A DNA stretch of 64,000 nucleotides, taken from assembly GCA_963820825.1 (NCBI GenBank), contig CAWGBN010000006.1, positions 384,001-448,000 of the forward strand, written 5' to 3'. The stretch comes from Vulcanimicrobiota bacterium (GTDB taxonomy: Bacteria > Vulcanimicrobiota > Vulcanimicrobiia > Vulcanimicrobiales > Vulcanimicrobiaceae). A program made the translations under genes and the position numbers. Below the pieces are notes generated by a model that saw only the letters and a program-made list of their open reading frames with translations, searched no databases and was not told where the DNA came from. The stretch's first letter is position 1; every line of letters begins with the position of its first letter. Shown one piece after another: positions 46,524 to 59,264 of this stretch.

Positions 46524-48073
46524 TGAATCGCCGCGACTTCGTGCGTGCGGCCGGCTCGGCCGCGCTCGGCCTTGCGGCCGTGCCGGGGTTCGTGGCGGCC
46601 GCAAGCTCGGCGGCGCGCGGACGCGAGCGGATCGCGATCGTCGGCGCGGGAATCGCCGGACTGGTGACGGCGATGCGCCTGCGCGATGCCGGCATCGGGT
46701 CGGTGATCTACGAATCGTCGTCGCGCGTCGGTGGACGCATGCACTCCGAGCGTAACTACTGGGATGCCGGGCAGCACACCGAGTGGTGCGGCGCGATGGT
46801 CGATTCGACCCACGTCAACATCCATCAACTCGCCCACCGCTTCCACCAAGGACTCCTCGATACGTACGCTGCCCGGCCGCCGCAAGCGCGCGACACCTGC
46901 TATCTCGACGGCCGTTACTACACGATGATCCAAGCCGATCGCGACTTCGCGCACGTCTATCAGATCATGCAAGAGCAGCTCGCGCACGTCGACCCGGCGA
47001 CGACCTACGCGACCGCGACGCCGGAGGCGCGCCGGCTCGACGCGATGAGCATGGCGGATTGGATCGTGCGTTACGTTCCCGGCGGGCTCGAATCGCAGCT
47101 GGGCAGGCTCATCGCGCAATCCTACCGGAACGAATACGGACGCGAGATCGAGCAGCTTAGCGCGCTCAATCTCGTCATGCAGCTCGGCGTGCAGAAGCAC
47201 TACGCGCAGAACCACGAGATGAACGTACTGGGATACTCCGATCAGCGCTACATCTTGGCAAACGGAAGCCAATCGCTTCCCGAAGCGATTGCGGCCTGGC
47301 TTCCCGCGGGCACCGTGCGCTTCGACCGGCGTCTGCTCTCGATTCGCCGTCTCGCCGGCGGTGCGTACGAGTTGCGCTTCGATCACGCGGGGAGGCTCGA
47401 AACGGTTCTCGCCGACCGCGTCGTGCTCGCTCTCCCTTTCATTGCGCTGCGGGCGCTGGATTATTCGGGCGCGGGATTCGATGCGGCGAAGATCAACGCG
47501 ATCGAGAACCTCGGCTACGGATACCACACCAAGCTGCACCTGCAGTTCGACCGCCGCGCCTGGATGCGTGCCGATCATCCGTGGCCCGAACCGACGACCG
47601 GACAGATTTGGACGACGCTCACCGTGCAGAGCTCGCTCGACTTCTCGCTCGGACAGCGCGGCGAACAGGGGCTCCTCGAAGTCTTTACCGCGGCCGGGCC
47701 GGCGATGCTCGATACGCCGCCGATGCCGTACGCGCGTGTCGGCGAGGCCGGCGCCGTCGATTGGCACGTGCGCGACTTCTTCGAAGAGCTCGATCGTATT
47801 TGGCCCGGCGTTGCGTCGACGTGGAACGGCAAGGCGACGTTCGGCAACGCGCAGGCCGACCCGAACATCCTCGCGAGTTACTCCTGCTGGCTGGTCGGAC
47901 AGTACACGACGATCGCCGGACACGAGGCGGAAGCGCAGGGACGCGTGCATTTTGCCGGCGAGCATACGTCGGTTGAGTATCAGGGCTTTATGGAAGGCGG
48001 AGCCGAATCGGGATTCCGGGCGGCGGATGAGATCCTTGCGGATTACCGGATTCGTCTAAAACCAACCGGCTAG
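46523..48073 (+). CDS. Tat-exported flavin monoamine/polyamine oxidase family protein
   Basis: Twin-arginine signal MNRRDFV; IVGAGIAGL, YESSSRVGGR, VHFAGEHTS, GFMEGGAESG; TGATG overlap with the receptor gene. Confidence 0.88.
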   Translation: MNRRDFVRAAGSAALGLAAVPGFVAAASSAARGRERIAIVGAGIAGLVTAMRLRDAGIGSVIYESSSRVGGRMHSERNYWDAGQHTEWCGAMVDSTHVNIHQLAHRFHQGLLDTYAARPPQARDTCYLDGRYYTMIQADRDFAHVYQIMQEQLAHVDPATTYATATPEARRLDAMSMADWIVRYVPGGLESQLGRLIAQSYRNEYGREIEQLSALNLVMQLGVQKHYAQNHEMNVLGYSDQRYILANGSQSLPEAIAAWLPAGTVRFDRRLLSIRRLAGGAYELRFDHAGRLETVLADRVVLALPFIALRALDYSGAGFDAAKINAIENLGYGYHTKLHLQFDRRAWMRADHPWPEPTTGQIWTTLTVQSSLDFSLGQRGEQGLLEVFTAAGPAMLDTPPMPYARVGEAGAVDWHVRDFFEELDRIWPGVASTWNGKATFGNAQADPNILASYSCWLVGQYTTIAGHEAEAQGRVHFAGEHTSVEYQGFMEGGAESGFRAADEILADYRIRLKPTG

Positions 48074-48081
48074 CAGACGCC

Positions 48082-49944
48082 GTGCACATCGTCGGAACCG
48101 CCGGTCACGTCGACCACGGAAAGTCGGCGCTCATCGCCGCGCTCACCGGGACGAATCCCGACCGCTGGATCGAGGAGCAGATGCGGGGCATGACGCTCGA
48201 CCTTGGGTTCGCGCACCTTCGCTTCGACGACGGCATCGAAGGCGGCATCGTCGACGTGCCGGGACACGAGCGCTTCCTGCACAACATGCTTGCCGGCGCC
48301 GCCGGTATGGAACTGCTGCTGCTCGTAATCGACGCGAACGAAGGCGTGATGCCGCAGACGCTCGAGCACCTGCAGATCTTGCAGTTTCTCAACGTGCGGC
48401 GCGTGCTCGTCGCCGCGACGAAGATCGACCTGATCGCGCCGGCCGAGCGCGACGCGGCCTACGAGCGAATTCGCGAGCAGCTGCGCGAGACGATCGCAGC
48501 CGAAGCGCCGATCGTCGCCGTCTCCGCAGTGACCGGCGAGAATCTCGAGGCTCTTAAAGTCGCGCTGCATGACGAGCTGGCAGCCTTACCGCCGCGCAAC
48601 GTCAACGCGCCGGCCTACCTGCCGATCGATCGCGCGTTCGCGTTGCCCGGGCTCGGAACGATCGTCACCGGAACGCTGATGCAGGGCAGCGTCGCCGCCG
48701 GCGAGACGCTCGTCCTCGAACCGGGAGGCGCGCCGGCGCACGTTCGCAGCATCGGCGTCTTTGAATCGACTCGCAAACGAGTCGAGGCTGGGGCGCGGGT
48801 CGCGCTCAACCTGCCCGGAATCGATCGTGCCCAGCTCGTGCGCGGCCGAGCGATCGTCGGACGCGAGCTAAGTGCGATGCAGCATTTCGGCGTCCGTTTT
48901 ACGCCGCTGGAGAGCGCGCTTGGGTTCTTGCGGCGGCGCACGCCAGTGCGCGCCTACATCGGGTCGGCCGAGATTCTCGGCACGCTCGTCTTGCGCGAAG
49001 CGCTCGCCGGTGCGCGCGAGGTGCGCGCCGAGCTCTTGCTGCGCGAACCGGTCGTAGCCTTTCCGAATCTGCGCTTCGTGCTGCGTCGTCCGTCGCCGAT
49101 GACGCTGCTCGGCGGCGGCTACGTCGAGGGCGTCGAGCTCGCCGCAACGGCGGCCGGCCGTGATGCCGACGAAGAAGCGGTGCTGGCGGTTCTTCGCGAA
49201 AGAGGCCTCGAAGCGATCGAGCTTAGCACGATCGCGTTTGCTGCCAACCTCCGCGAACAAGCAGCGCGCGATGCCGCCGGCCGGCTCGTCGAGCAAGGAG
49301 AAGTGATTCGCGTGGCGCGGCCGACGGCATACGTCGACGCCGCCGCGGGAGCGGCGATGTTTTCACGCATGCTCGCACAACTCGAGGAGGCGCATCGCAG
49401 CGAACCGTGGGCGCTTGGAATGACCTCGATCGCGCTCGCGCGCGCGCTCGACGTGCCCGAGCCGACGCTCGTTCGCGTCGCCGAGCACTTCGTCGAGAGC
49501 GGCCGCCTCTCCAACCGGGGCGGATACTACGCGGCGATCGATCACCAACCGTCCTTCACGCCGGAGCAGGGGGTCTTCTTCGAGTATCTCGTTGCGGTCG
49601 ACGAGGCGCGCCCGTTTGCGCCGATTCCCTTTGCCGGCGCCGCTTCGGCGGTCAAGCTCTCGCAGGTGACCGGACTCGCGAAGGCTTTCGATACGATGCT
49701 CGCCCACGGCGCGTTCGTAAAGGTCGGCGACGATCTCTACCGTGGCACGCAGATCGCCCGGATTCGCGCCCGCGTCGAAGCGCATTTTCGGCTGCGCGAT
49801 CGCATGACGGCCTCGGAGTTTCGCGATATGCTCAAGACGTCGCGAAAGTACGCCGTGCCGCTGCTCGAGTGGCTCGACTCGCGCGGCGTGACGATCCGCG
49901 ACGGCGACTACCGGACGCTCAGACGGAAGGAGAACAACCGATGA
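48082..49944 (+). CDS. selB: Selenocysteine-specific elongation factor SelB
   Basis: GTAGHVDHGKS, RGMTLDLGFA, DVPGHERF, ATKID, IDRAF...GLGTIVTGT, C-terminal winged-helix SRKYAVPLLEWLD..GVT.RDGDYR. Confidence 0.95.
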   Translation: MHIVGTAGHVDHGKSALIAALTGTNPDRWIEEQMRGMTLDLGFAHLRFDDGIEGGIVDVPGHERFLHNMLAGAAGMELLLLVIDANEGVMPQTLEHLQILQFLNVRRVLVAATKIDLIAPAERDAAYERIREQLRETIAAEAPIVAVSAVTGENLEALKVALHDELAALPPRNVNAPAYLPIDRAFALPGLGTIVTGTLMQGSVAAGETLVLEPGGAPAHVRSIGVFESTRKRVEAGARVALNLPGIDRAQLVRGRAIVGRELSAMQHFGVRFTPLESALGFLRRRTPVRAYIGSAEILGTLVLREALAGAREVRAELLLREPVVAFPNLRFVLRRPSPMTLLGGGYVEGVELAATAAGRDADEEAVLAVLRERGLEAIELSTIAFAANLREQAARDAAGRLVEQGEVIRVARPTAYVDAAAGAAMFSRMLAQLEEAHRSEPWALGMTSIALARALDVPEPTLVRVAEHFVESGRLSNRGGYYAAIDHQPSFTPEQGVFFEYLVAVDEARPFAPIPFAGAASAVKLSQVTGLAKAFDTMLAHGAFVKVGDDLYRGTQIARIRARVEAHFRLRDRMTASEFRDMLKTSRKYAVPLLEWLDSRGVTIRDGDYRTLRRKENNR

Positions 49945-50912
49945 AGTCTCTGCAATCGGCATTAGGGGCGCTCGCGGCCTGTACGCTCGCGGCGTGCGGT
50001 GCGCCGAGCCTCGCTCCCGCGAATCCGCCCGCGACGATTTCGGCGCCCGGTTTTGCGCCGCTCTTCGTCACCGCGGGCGATGAGGCGAGCGCGCGAAACG
50101 CGCGCATCCTCTCCTACCACGTCATGCATCTGCGCACGCGCGGACGAGCGACGCTTCACTCCGGCGTACGGAAGAAGTACCCGGCCGACTTGGTTCGCAA
50201 GAGGGGCCCGATCATGCGCAGCGCCGCTTCGTTCAACATCTACGTGAACTGCAGGCAGAGCGGCGAAGCCTGTTGGGGCGACCCCGAAGGCTTCCAGAAG
50301 GCCCTGGCCGGCAGCACCTTTGCGGCACTGCTGACGCAATATACCAAGTCGCCGCCGAGCGCGTACACGTTCGGAGGCGCCTTCTCCGTGAAGTACCACA
50401 CGTACACGAAGCTCTTCTACCAGAACGATCTGCTCTCGGTCGTCCATGCGGCGCTTACGAAGAATGGAATGCAGGCGGGATACGCGACGATCTACCACGT
50501 CTTTCTGCCCAAGGGCACGGACACGTGCTTCGACCGTTCGCGCTCCTGCTACTCACCCGATCATCGGCGCACCTTCGATTTCTGCGCCTATCACGAGAGC
50601 GTCGCATTCAAGGACGTTTCCAAAGCGGTAATCGTCTCGATCGAGCCGTATCAAAAGGTCCCGGGCTGCGAATCGCGCGCCTCCGCGGGAGCGAGCGCGC
50701 TCACCAATTCGACCGCATCGACGCTCGGGCACGAGACCTTCGAATCGATCACCGATCCGGGCCCGGCGTTCGCGTGGTTCAACTTCACCTTCTTCGAGGA
50801 AGTCGCCGACCTCTGCGAGACGTTCGAATGGAAGATCTCGGTCAACGGAACGGCCTATAGCCTGCAGCCGATGTACTCGAACGAATACCACGCGTGCGCC
50901 GACGGGCCCTAA
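49941..50912 (+). CDS. Hypothetical lipoprotein with HExxExxTDP motif (Phi-1/EXORDIUM-like)
   Basis: SD AAGGAG, ATG 49941 overlapping the selB stop; lipobox LAAC; IYHVFLP, FCAYH, HETFESITDP, EVADLC, LQPMYSN..HAC. Confidence 0.7.
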   Translation: MKSLQSALGALAACTLAACGAPSLAPANPPATISAPGFAPLFVTAGDEASARNARILSYHVMHLRTRGRATLHSGVRKKYPADLVRKRGPIMRSAASFNIYVNCRQSGEACWGDPEGFQKALAGSTFAALLTQYTKSPPSAYTFGGAFSVKYHTYTKLFYQNDLLSVVHAALTKNGMQAGYATIYHVFLPKGTDTCFDRSRSCYSPDHRRTFDFCAYHESVAFKDVSKAVIVSIEPYQKVPGCESRASAGASALTNSTASTLGHETFESITDPGPAFAWFNFTFFEEVADLCETFEWKISVNGTAYSLQPMYSNEYHACADGP

Positions 50913-52012
50913 CGGCATTCGCGCTGCTTGCCGGTTGCGGGCCTGCCCCTGCCCTGGTCGCGCCCGTGCCGCCACCTGCCGTGACCGCTCGCGGGCCGAT
51001 GGTTATTCGAAACGAACATCACCGTTCGTACGCCGGATTGAAACTCTCGACGCAGACGGGTGATTGTCTGCAGATCGTGGATTCGAGCGAGATCACGATC
51101 GCGAACTCGCAGATCGGGCCCTGCGGCGGCAACGGCATCGCCGTCAGCGGCGGAGGTTCGATCGGAATCTACGACAGCTACGTCCACCCGGAGAGGCGCG
51201 CCGCGCGATGCTGCGATACCAACGACGGGATTCTCGTCGAGCGGACGCACGATGTGACGATTCAGGGAGACGTCGTCGCCTACGGCGAGTCGAACGTCGA
51301 AGCGCCGCAGCGCGTCGACGGCTTGGCCGTCGTCGGGAACTTTCTGCTCAATCCGCGCGGTCCGTACCCCCGCGGCCAGAACGTGCAGGCGTGGAACGCA
51401 ACCGGCGTCGTCGTCCGCGACAACTATACGCTGAGCAGCCGCGACGCGCGCCGTTTCCGCTTTCCCGGCGAGCAGCAAGACTCGATCAACTTCGGCCGCG
51501 GCTCGAAGTTCGCCGCGGAGCGAAACTACGTCTCCGGCGGCGATTCCAAGTCGGGCTGCGGCCTCATCGCGGACGATGCCGCGAACGGAGTTCGCATCGT
51601 TTCGAACAGCTTGCTCGACTCGGGCCAGTGCGGGATCGGCATTGCGAGTGGGAGCGCGCAGCTGGTCGACGGGAATCGCGTTCTCAACCGTACGCCGGTG
51701 CCTGGCGCAGGCAACACGGCGATCTACGTCTGGAACCAATACCACGGCGTGCCTTGCGGGCCGGTCACCATAACGCACAATGTGGCGACGGAGATCCGCA
51801 AGGACGGTTCGCAGTCGGGATTCTGGAACGGCGGCGGTTGCAATCCGGTCCACATGCATCACAACGTTTGGAATGAAGCCGCGGAAAAGCGACTCACGCC
51901 ACCCGGTAAGAGAATGCCGCCGCCGCAGATTCCGCCGCAACCGAAATCCTGCGTCGCGCGCTCGCCGTACTCCACGCAGCAGCATTGGCCGGCGTGCGGT
52001 CCAAACGCTTGA
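50894..52012 (+). CDS. Right-handed parallel beta-helix repeat lipoprotein
   Basis: Lipobox LLAGC; repeated beta-helix rungs (ITIANSQIG, VVVRDNY, VRIVSNSL, LVDGNRV, VTITHNV). Confidence 0.7.
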   Translation: MRRRALTAFALLAGCGPAPALVAPVPPPAVTARGPMVIRNEHHRSYAGLKLSTQTGDCLQIVDSSEITIANSQIGPCGGNGIAVSGGGSIGIYDSYVHPERRAARCCDTNDGILVERTHDVTIQGDVVAYGESNVEAPQRVDGLAVVGNFLLNPRGPYPRGQNVQAWNATGVVVRDNYTLSSRDARRFRFPGEQQDSINFGRGSKFAAERNYVSGGDSKSGCGLIADDAANGVRIVSNSLLDSGQCGIGIASGSAQLVDGNRVLNRTPVPGAGNTAIYVWNQYHGVPCGPVTITHNVATEIRKDGSQSGFWNGGGCNPVHMHHNVWNEAAEKRLTPPGKRMPPPQIPPQPKSCVARSPYSTQQHWPACGPNA

Positions 52013-52066
52013 ACTAGCCTCCCGGCAGGCGTATACTTGACCACCCCATCCGAAAGGAGGTTCTCT

Positions 52067-52489
52067 ATGCGACTTGCCGGTTTGGCGACGTTCGCTCTCG
52101 TTGTCGTCGGCGCGTTCGCGCTCGGCCGAACGACGGTCTCTGCGCCCGCGGCGGCCGCGATGCAGCCGGCGGTGGTCTTCTCGCACTTCGAGTGTTATCA
52201 GGCGGCGTTCAAAGGCAAATATAGCGGCGCGAACGTCGAACTGACCGATCAGTTTCAGCAGTACCAGACGGGGATCGGTCAACCGGAGCTCTTCTGCACG
52301 CCGGTAACAAAGAAGGTCATTTCGGGGCCGAACCTGCACGTACCGCGCCCCGCGGATCACCTGACCTGTTACTCGATGCAGGGGCCGAATCCCAATCAGA
52401 GCCGTCCGTTCGTAAATCAGTTCGAACGCGGAACGGTGACGGTCGGTCAACCGATCATGCTCTGCCTGCCGACGAACAAAACGGGATAG
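52067..52489 (+). CDS. Small secreted protein with two Cys-containing tandem repeats
   Basis: SD AAAGGAGG, ATG 52067; signal peptide; repeats HFECY...DQF...GQPELFCTPVTK and HLTCY...NQF...GQPIMLCLPTNK. Confidence 0.75.
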   Translation: MRLAGLATFALVVVGAFALGRTTVSAPAAAAMQPAVVFSHFECYQAAFKGKYSGANVELTDQFQQYQTGIGQPELFCTPVTKKVISGPNLHVPRPADHLTCYSMQGPNPNQSRPFVNQFERGTVTVGQPIMLCLPTNKTG

Positions 52490-52490
52490 C

Positions 52491-53579
52491 CTATAGATGG
52501 AATAGCGTCAGGATGCCGATCACCACTTCGAAGGCGACGAGCACGACGATCAGCACTTCGAGAAACTCATCGCGGCGGCTTCGTGCCTCGTCGCTGAAGA
52601 ATCGGTACATCTCGCCGACGCTGGCGAGTTTCGTATCGATCTGACGCTGCCAATCGGCAAGGCCGAGACGCGCCGCCGCGGCGCGGTAGATGCGAGCGTA
52701 GTAGGCGTCGCCCACGATCTTTAGCGCGTTGGTCGAGCGGTCCGTCAGCTCGAGCACGTCGACGATCAAGTAGCGAACGGTCGCCGCCTGCTCCGCCTCG
52801 CGGCGCCCGCGCAGCGACCGAAGCGGCGCTCGCGGCTGCATCTTGTAGATCGTATCGAGCTCGCGATCGAGCAGCGCGTCGTAGGTGCGAAGCTCGAGCA
52901 GCTGCGAGTTGGCAAACTCCAGAATCTCTTCGATCGCTCGAGCGCTCTCGCCGCGGTCGTAGACGATCGCGGTATCCCACTGCACGATCGTCAAGTCGTC
53001 CTGATGATACGAGAACCGCGTTCGCAGCGCTTCGGCGGTCTCGGTCGCCGAAAGCGTCCGGCGCTCGCCGAGCAAGAGGCTCGCGATCTCGGCGGAGCGA
53101 TCGCGCAGAAGCCGTTCGGCCTCGATGGGTTCGGAGAATCTCTCGAGCTCGACGATCAGGTAATCCTCGACGAGCGGGGTATGGCGCTCGTCGAGCGCGT
53201 CGGCGCAGGTCTCGCAAATGCGCGCTACTTCCGACTCGGCGAAGCGGAGAATCCGTTCGTCGCTGCGAGCGCGCTCCGCCAGCGCGTCGAGCGCGTTCCA
53301 CGTTCCGGTGAATGGAAAGGTAAAACAGACCGAGATGACGCCGTAATCGTAGAACTTCGCCCGAACGCTCGACCGAATGCCGTCAAAATCGGCATCGGGA
53401 AGGTTGGCGACGACCGGTGGAACCGGAAACTGCAAGTACGGCGGCGCTTGGCGCCGTAACGGGAGCGCCGCCGGCGCGCGCGTCTCGCCGCCGAGTGCGT
53501 CGACTTTGATCAGATCGATCGTGTCGGCGACGTCGAAGAGATAGTAGGCGCGTATGGCACCGCCGGCAACATCGAGCAT
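52491..53579 (-). CDS. RMD1/DUF155-like membrane-anchored protein
   Basis: FDVADTIDL, YDYGVIS, LEFANSQLLELRTYD, GDAYYARIY, C-terminal TM LEVLIVVLVAFEVVIG. Confidence 0.65.
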   Translation of the reverse strand: MLDVAGGAIRAYYLFDVADTIDLIKVDALGGETRAPAALPLRRQAPPYLQFPVPPVVANLPDADFDGIRSSVRAKFYDYGVISVCFTFPFTGTWNALDALAERARSDERILRFAESEVARICETCADALDERHTPLVEDYLIVELERFSEPIEAERLLRDRSAEIASLLLGERRTLSATETAEALRTRFSYHQDDLTIVQWDTAIVYDRGESARAIEEILEFANSQLLELRTYDALLDRELDTIYKMQPRAPLRSLRGRREAEQAATVRYLIVDVLELTDRSTNALKIVGDAYYARIYRAAAARLGLADWQRQIDTKLASVGEMYRFFSDEARSRRDEFLEVLIVVLVAFEVVIGILTLFHL

Positions 53580-53585
53580 TGAACG

Positions 53586-53625
53586 CGCCCTTCCGACCGC
53601 GCAAGACGGGCTCCTTCGACAGGCT
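53586..53625. repeat. Degenerate intergenic copy of the REP-like repeat
   Basis: CCTTCGACAGGCT (53613-53625) is the exact reverse complement of the core of the 12315 copy; CGCCCTTCCGAC (53586-53597) resembles the arm. Confidence 0.45.
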
Positions 53626-53654
53626 GCGCCACGGAATGAGGCAAAGAAGTCGCG

Positions 53655-56577
53655 ATGCTCGCATCAGTGCTTCTCCTTACGAGTCTCTTTGCCGGCTTGG
53701 AGTATCGAGAGATCGGCCCGGCGATCAGCGGCGGACGCAGCCCCGCAGTAGCCGGCAGCAATCGCGATCCGTTCCTCTACTTTGCCGGCGGTGCGGGCGG
53801 CGGCGTCTTCAAAACGACCGACGGCGGTGCATCGTGGGTTCCGGTCTTCGACACGCAGCCCGCCGCGCCGATCGGCGCGATTACGATCGCGCCGCAAGAC
53901 GATCTCGACGTCTGGGTGGGAACGGGTGAGTCGAATCCGCGCAATACCGTAGAATCGGGCGACGGAATCTATCACACGACCGATGGCGGACGCCACTGGC
54001 AGCGCGCCGGACTCGAGCGCTCCGCGCAGTATCTCGCGCATCAGCATCGATCCGCGCGATCGGCAAGTCGTTGCCGTCGGCGTGCTCGGCCGCGTCTCGT
54101 CCGACGATTCCGATCGCGGCGTCTGTCTCACGCGCGACGGCGGAGCGCATTGGACGCGCACGCTCTACGTCGGACCGTCGAGCGGCGTCTCGTCGCTGGT
54201 GCGCGTTCCCGATCGCCCGGCGACGCTCTTCGCCGGCATCTGGCAGGTTCGCCGCGCGCCGTGGCGCCTCGATAGCGGCGGACCCCGTGGCGGAATCTAC
54301 CGGTCCGACGACGACGGCCGCACCTGGCACAAGCTCGAAGGGCGAGGCTTGCCGGCCGCGCCGACCGGTCGCATCGGCCTAGCCGCCGGAACGCGCGGCC
54401 GCATCTACGCGATCGTCGAATCGCGCGAAGGCGAGCTGTGGCGTTCCGATGACGGCGGCGCGACCTGGAAGAAGATGCCGCACAGCCCGCTTTTGGGCGC
54501 GCGCTCGTTCTATTTCAGCAGCATCTTCGTCGATCCGGCGAATCGCGATCGTCTCATCAACGTGTCATTGATCCTCTCGATGAGCACCGACGGCGGCTGT
54601 TCGTTCCACGCGATCGCAAACGGTTCCGGGTGGGATTATCACGACGTCTGGTGGTCGGCCGACGGCCGGCGAATCATCAACGGAAACGACGAGGGCGTCA
54701 TTCTCTCCGCCGACGGCGGTGAAGACTTCTGGCAGCCCTACGACCTGCCGTTCGCGCAGCCGTATCACGCCGGCTTCGATCGCGCCGTTCCATACTATCG
54801 CGTCTGCATCGGATTGCAGGACGACAATACTTGGTGCGGACCGTCGACGAGCGGCAACAACGTAGGCGTGCTCAATCGAGACTGGTATCAGGCCGGTCCC
54901 GGCGATGGGATGTGGGCGCTCTTCGATCCGAAGGATCCGAATCTCGTCTGGTCGACCTCGACGAACTCCGATACCGGCCAAGTCTTTCTCTTCGACGAAC
55001 GCACGAAGCAGGTCGATGAGGTCTCGCCCGATGCCGAATCGAACGGCGAGCTCGCCGCGGGCGCGCTGCGCTACCGTTTCAACTGGGAGACGCCGATCGC
55101 GTTTACCAACGACGGCAAGGCGCTCGTCGGCGGCAACGTCGTCTTCGAAAGTGCCGATCGCGGACAGACCTGGAGCGTCATCAGCCCCGATCTAACCCGT
55201 CACGACGCGAGCAAGGAACGTGAGAGCGGCGGTCCGATCGCCAACGACGAGTCGGGTGCGGAGATCTACGACACGATCCTCTATCTGGCGACGACGAAGC
55301 TCGACGATGCGATGATTTGGGCCACCACCGACGACGGGGTCGTTCAGTTGACGCGCGATGGCGGAAAAGACTGGCGCGACGTCTCGCCGCCGGCATCGCT
55401 CGTGCCGGCGTGGGGACGCATCGCGTGCATCGATCCCGGACGTTTCTCCTCGGGCACCGCATTCATCGCCGTCGAGCGCCATCTGCTCGGCGACGAGCGC
55501 CCCTATATCTTGCGTACCGACGATTTCGGCGCGACGTGGCGATCGATTTCCGGGAATCTGCCGGCGAATCAATTCGTTCGCGCGGTTCGGCAGGATCCGG
55601 TCGACGGAAATCTGCTCTATGCCGGAACGAATCGCGGCGTCTGGGCGAGCTTCGACGGCGGTGCGCGCTGGGAGCCGCTGCGGCTCAATATGCCGGCATC
55701 CGCAATCTACGACCTCGAGATTCAGCCCGATGCCGACGATCTCGTCGTCGCGTCGCACGGTCGCGGCGTTTGGATTCTCGACGACCTGACCGCACTCCAA
55801 GCGTGGCCGCAGGCGGCATCCTCGACGACGACGCTCTTCGCTCCGCGTACGACCTATCGCATGTGGCAGTGGTCGCCGCTCAACACCTTTACCGACCCCA
55901 AAATTCCCCCGAACGAATACGTCGGGGAGAATCCCGATGACGGCGCGCTGCTCACCTACTATCTTGCGAACGAGCCGAAGCGCGCGACGATCGAAATTCT
56001 CGACCCGCAAGGGACCGTCGTCCGCCGGTTGAGCGGCGACGACGTTCCAAAACGAGCCGGCATCAATCGCACGTCGTGGGATCTCGATGAAGAGGGTCCG
56101 GTTAAGTGGACCGGCACCTACAAGGAGAATCAGGGTCCCGAGACGGGTGCCGAGGTGGTGCCGGGCTCGTACGAGGTGCGTCTCGACGCCGACGGGGTCA
56201 GCAAGACGCAGCCGCTCGTCGTCAAGCCCGATCCCCGCGATCCGGACCTCGCGAAGGCGCGCAGCCGGCACGATTTTCTGATCGCGCTCTTCGCACAGCT
56301 CGGAACGATCGATACGATGCTCAACGCGATCGACGCGCGACTCAAGCGCGCGTCGGGCGCGCAGGCCGCGTCGTTGCGCGCATTCAAGCACCGGCTGACC
56401 TACGATCCGCGCAACATCGAGGATCTCAGCGGTCCGGCCGAGATTCGCGAGCAGGTACTCGACTTGATCTCACGTGCGAGCTCGTCGTTCCAAGCGCCGA
56501 CTGCCGCGCAGCAGGCGCAAGCCGCCGCCGACAAGTCTGCGCTCGACGCGCTCTCCTCCGTCTATGCCAAGTTATAA
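53655..56577 (+). CDS. VPS10/sortilin-like BNR repeat protein with a single frameshift near 54027-54030
   Basis: The N-terminus (YREIGPAISGGR, TTDGGASW, TTDGGRHW) is in the frame of 53655. After GLERSA the homologous sequence ISRISIDP... continues in the frame ending at 56577. Paralog of 22219-25239. Confidence 0.82.
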
Positions 56578-56627
56578 AGGGCGTTCCTGCAACCAATCGC
56601 GCAGCTGCACTGTATTATGAGTGAGCG

Positions 56628-59255
<2,628 letters not shown>

Positions 59256-59264
59256 CCGGCGTAG

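Noticed and set aside
56605..56627. CIRCE/HrcA operator before clpB (GCACT-N8-AGTGA)
   Set aside because: Poor match to TTAGCACTC-N9-GAGTGCTAA in both arms and spacing; more simply a -10 element (TATTAT) of a short-leader promoter.
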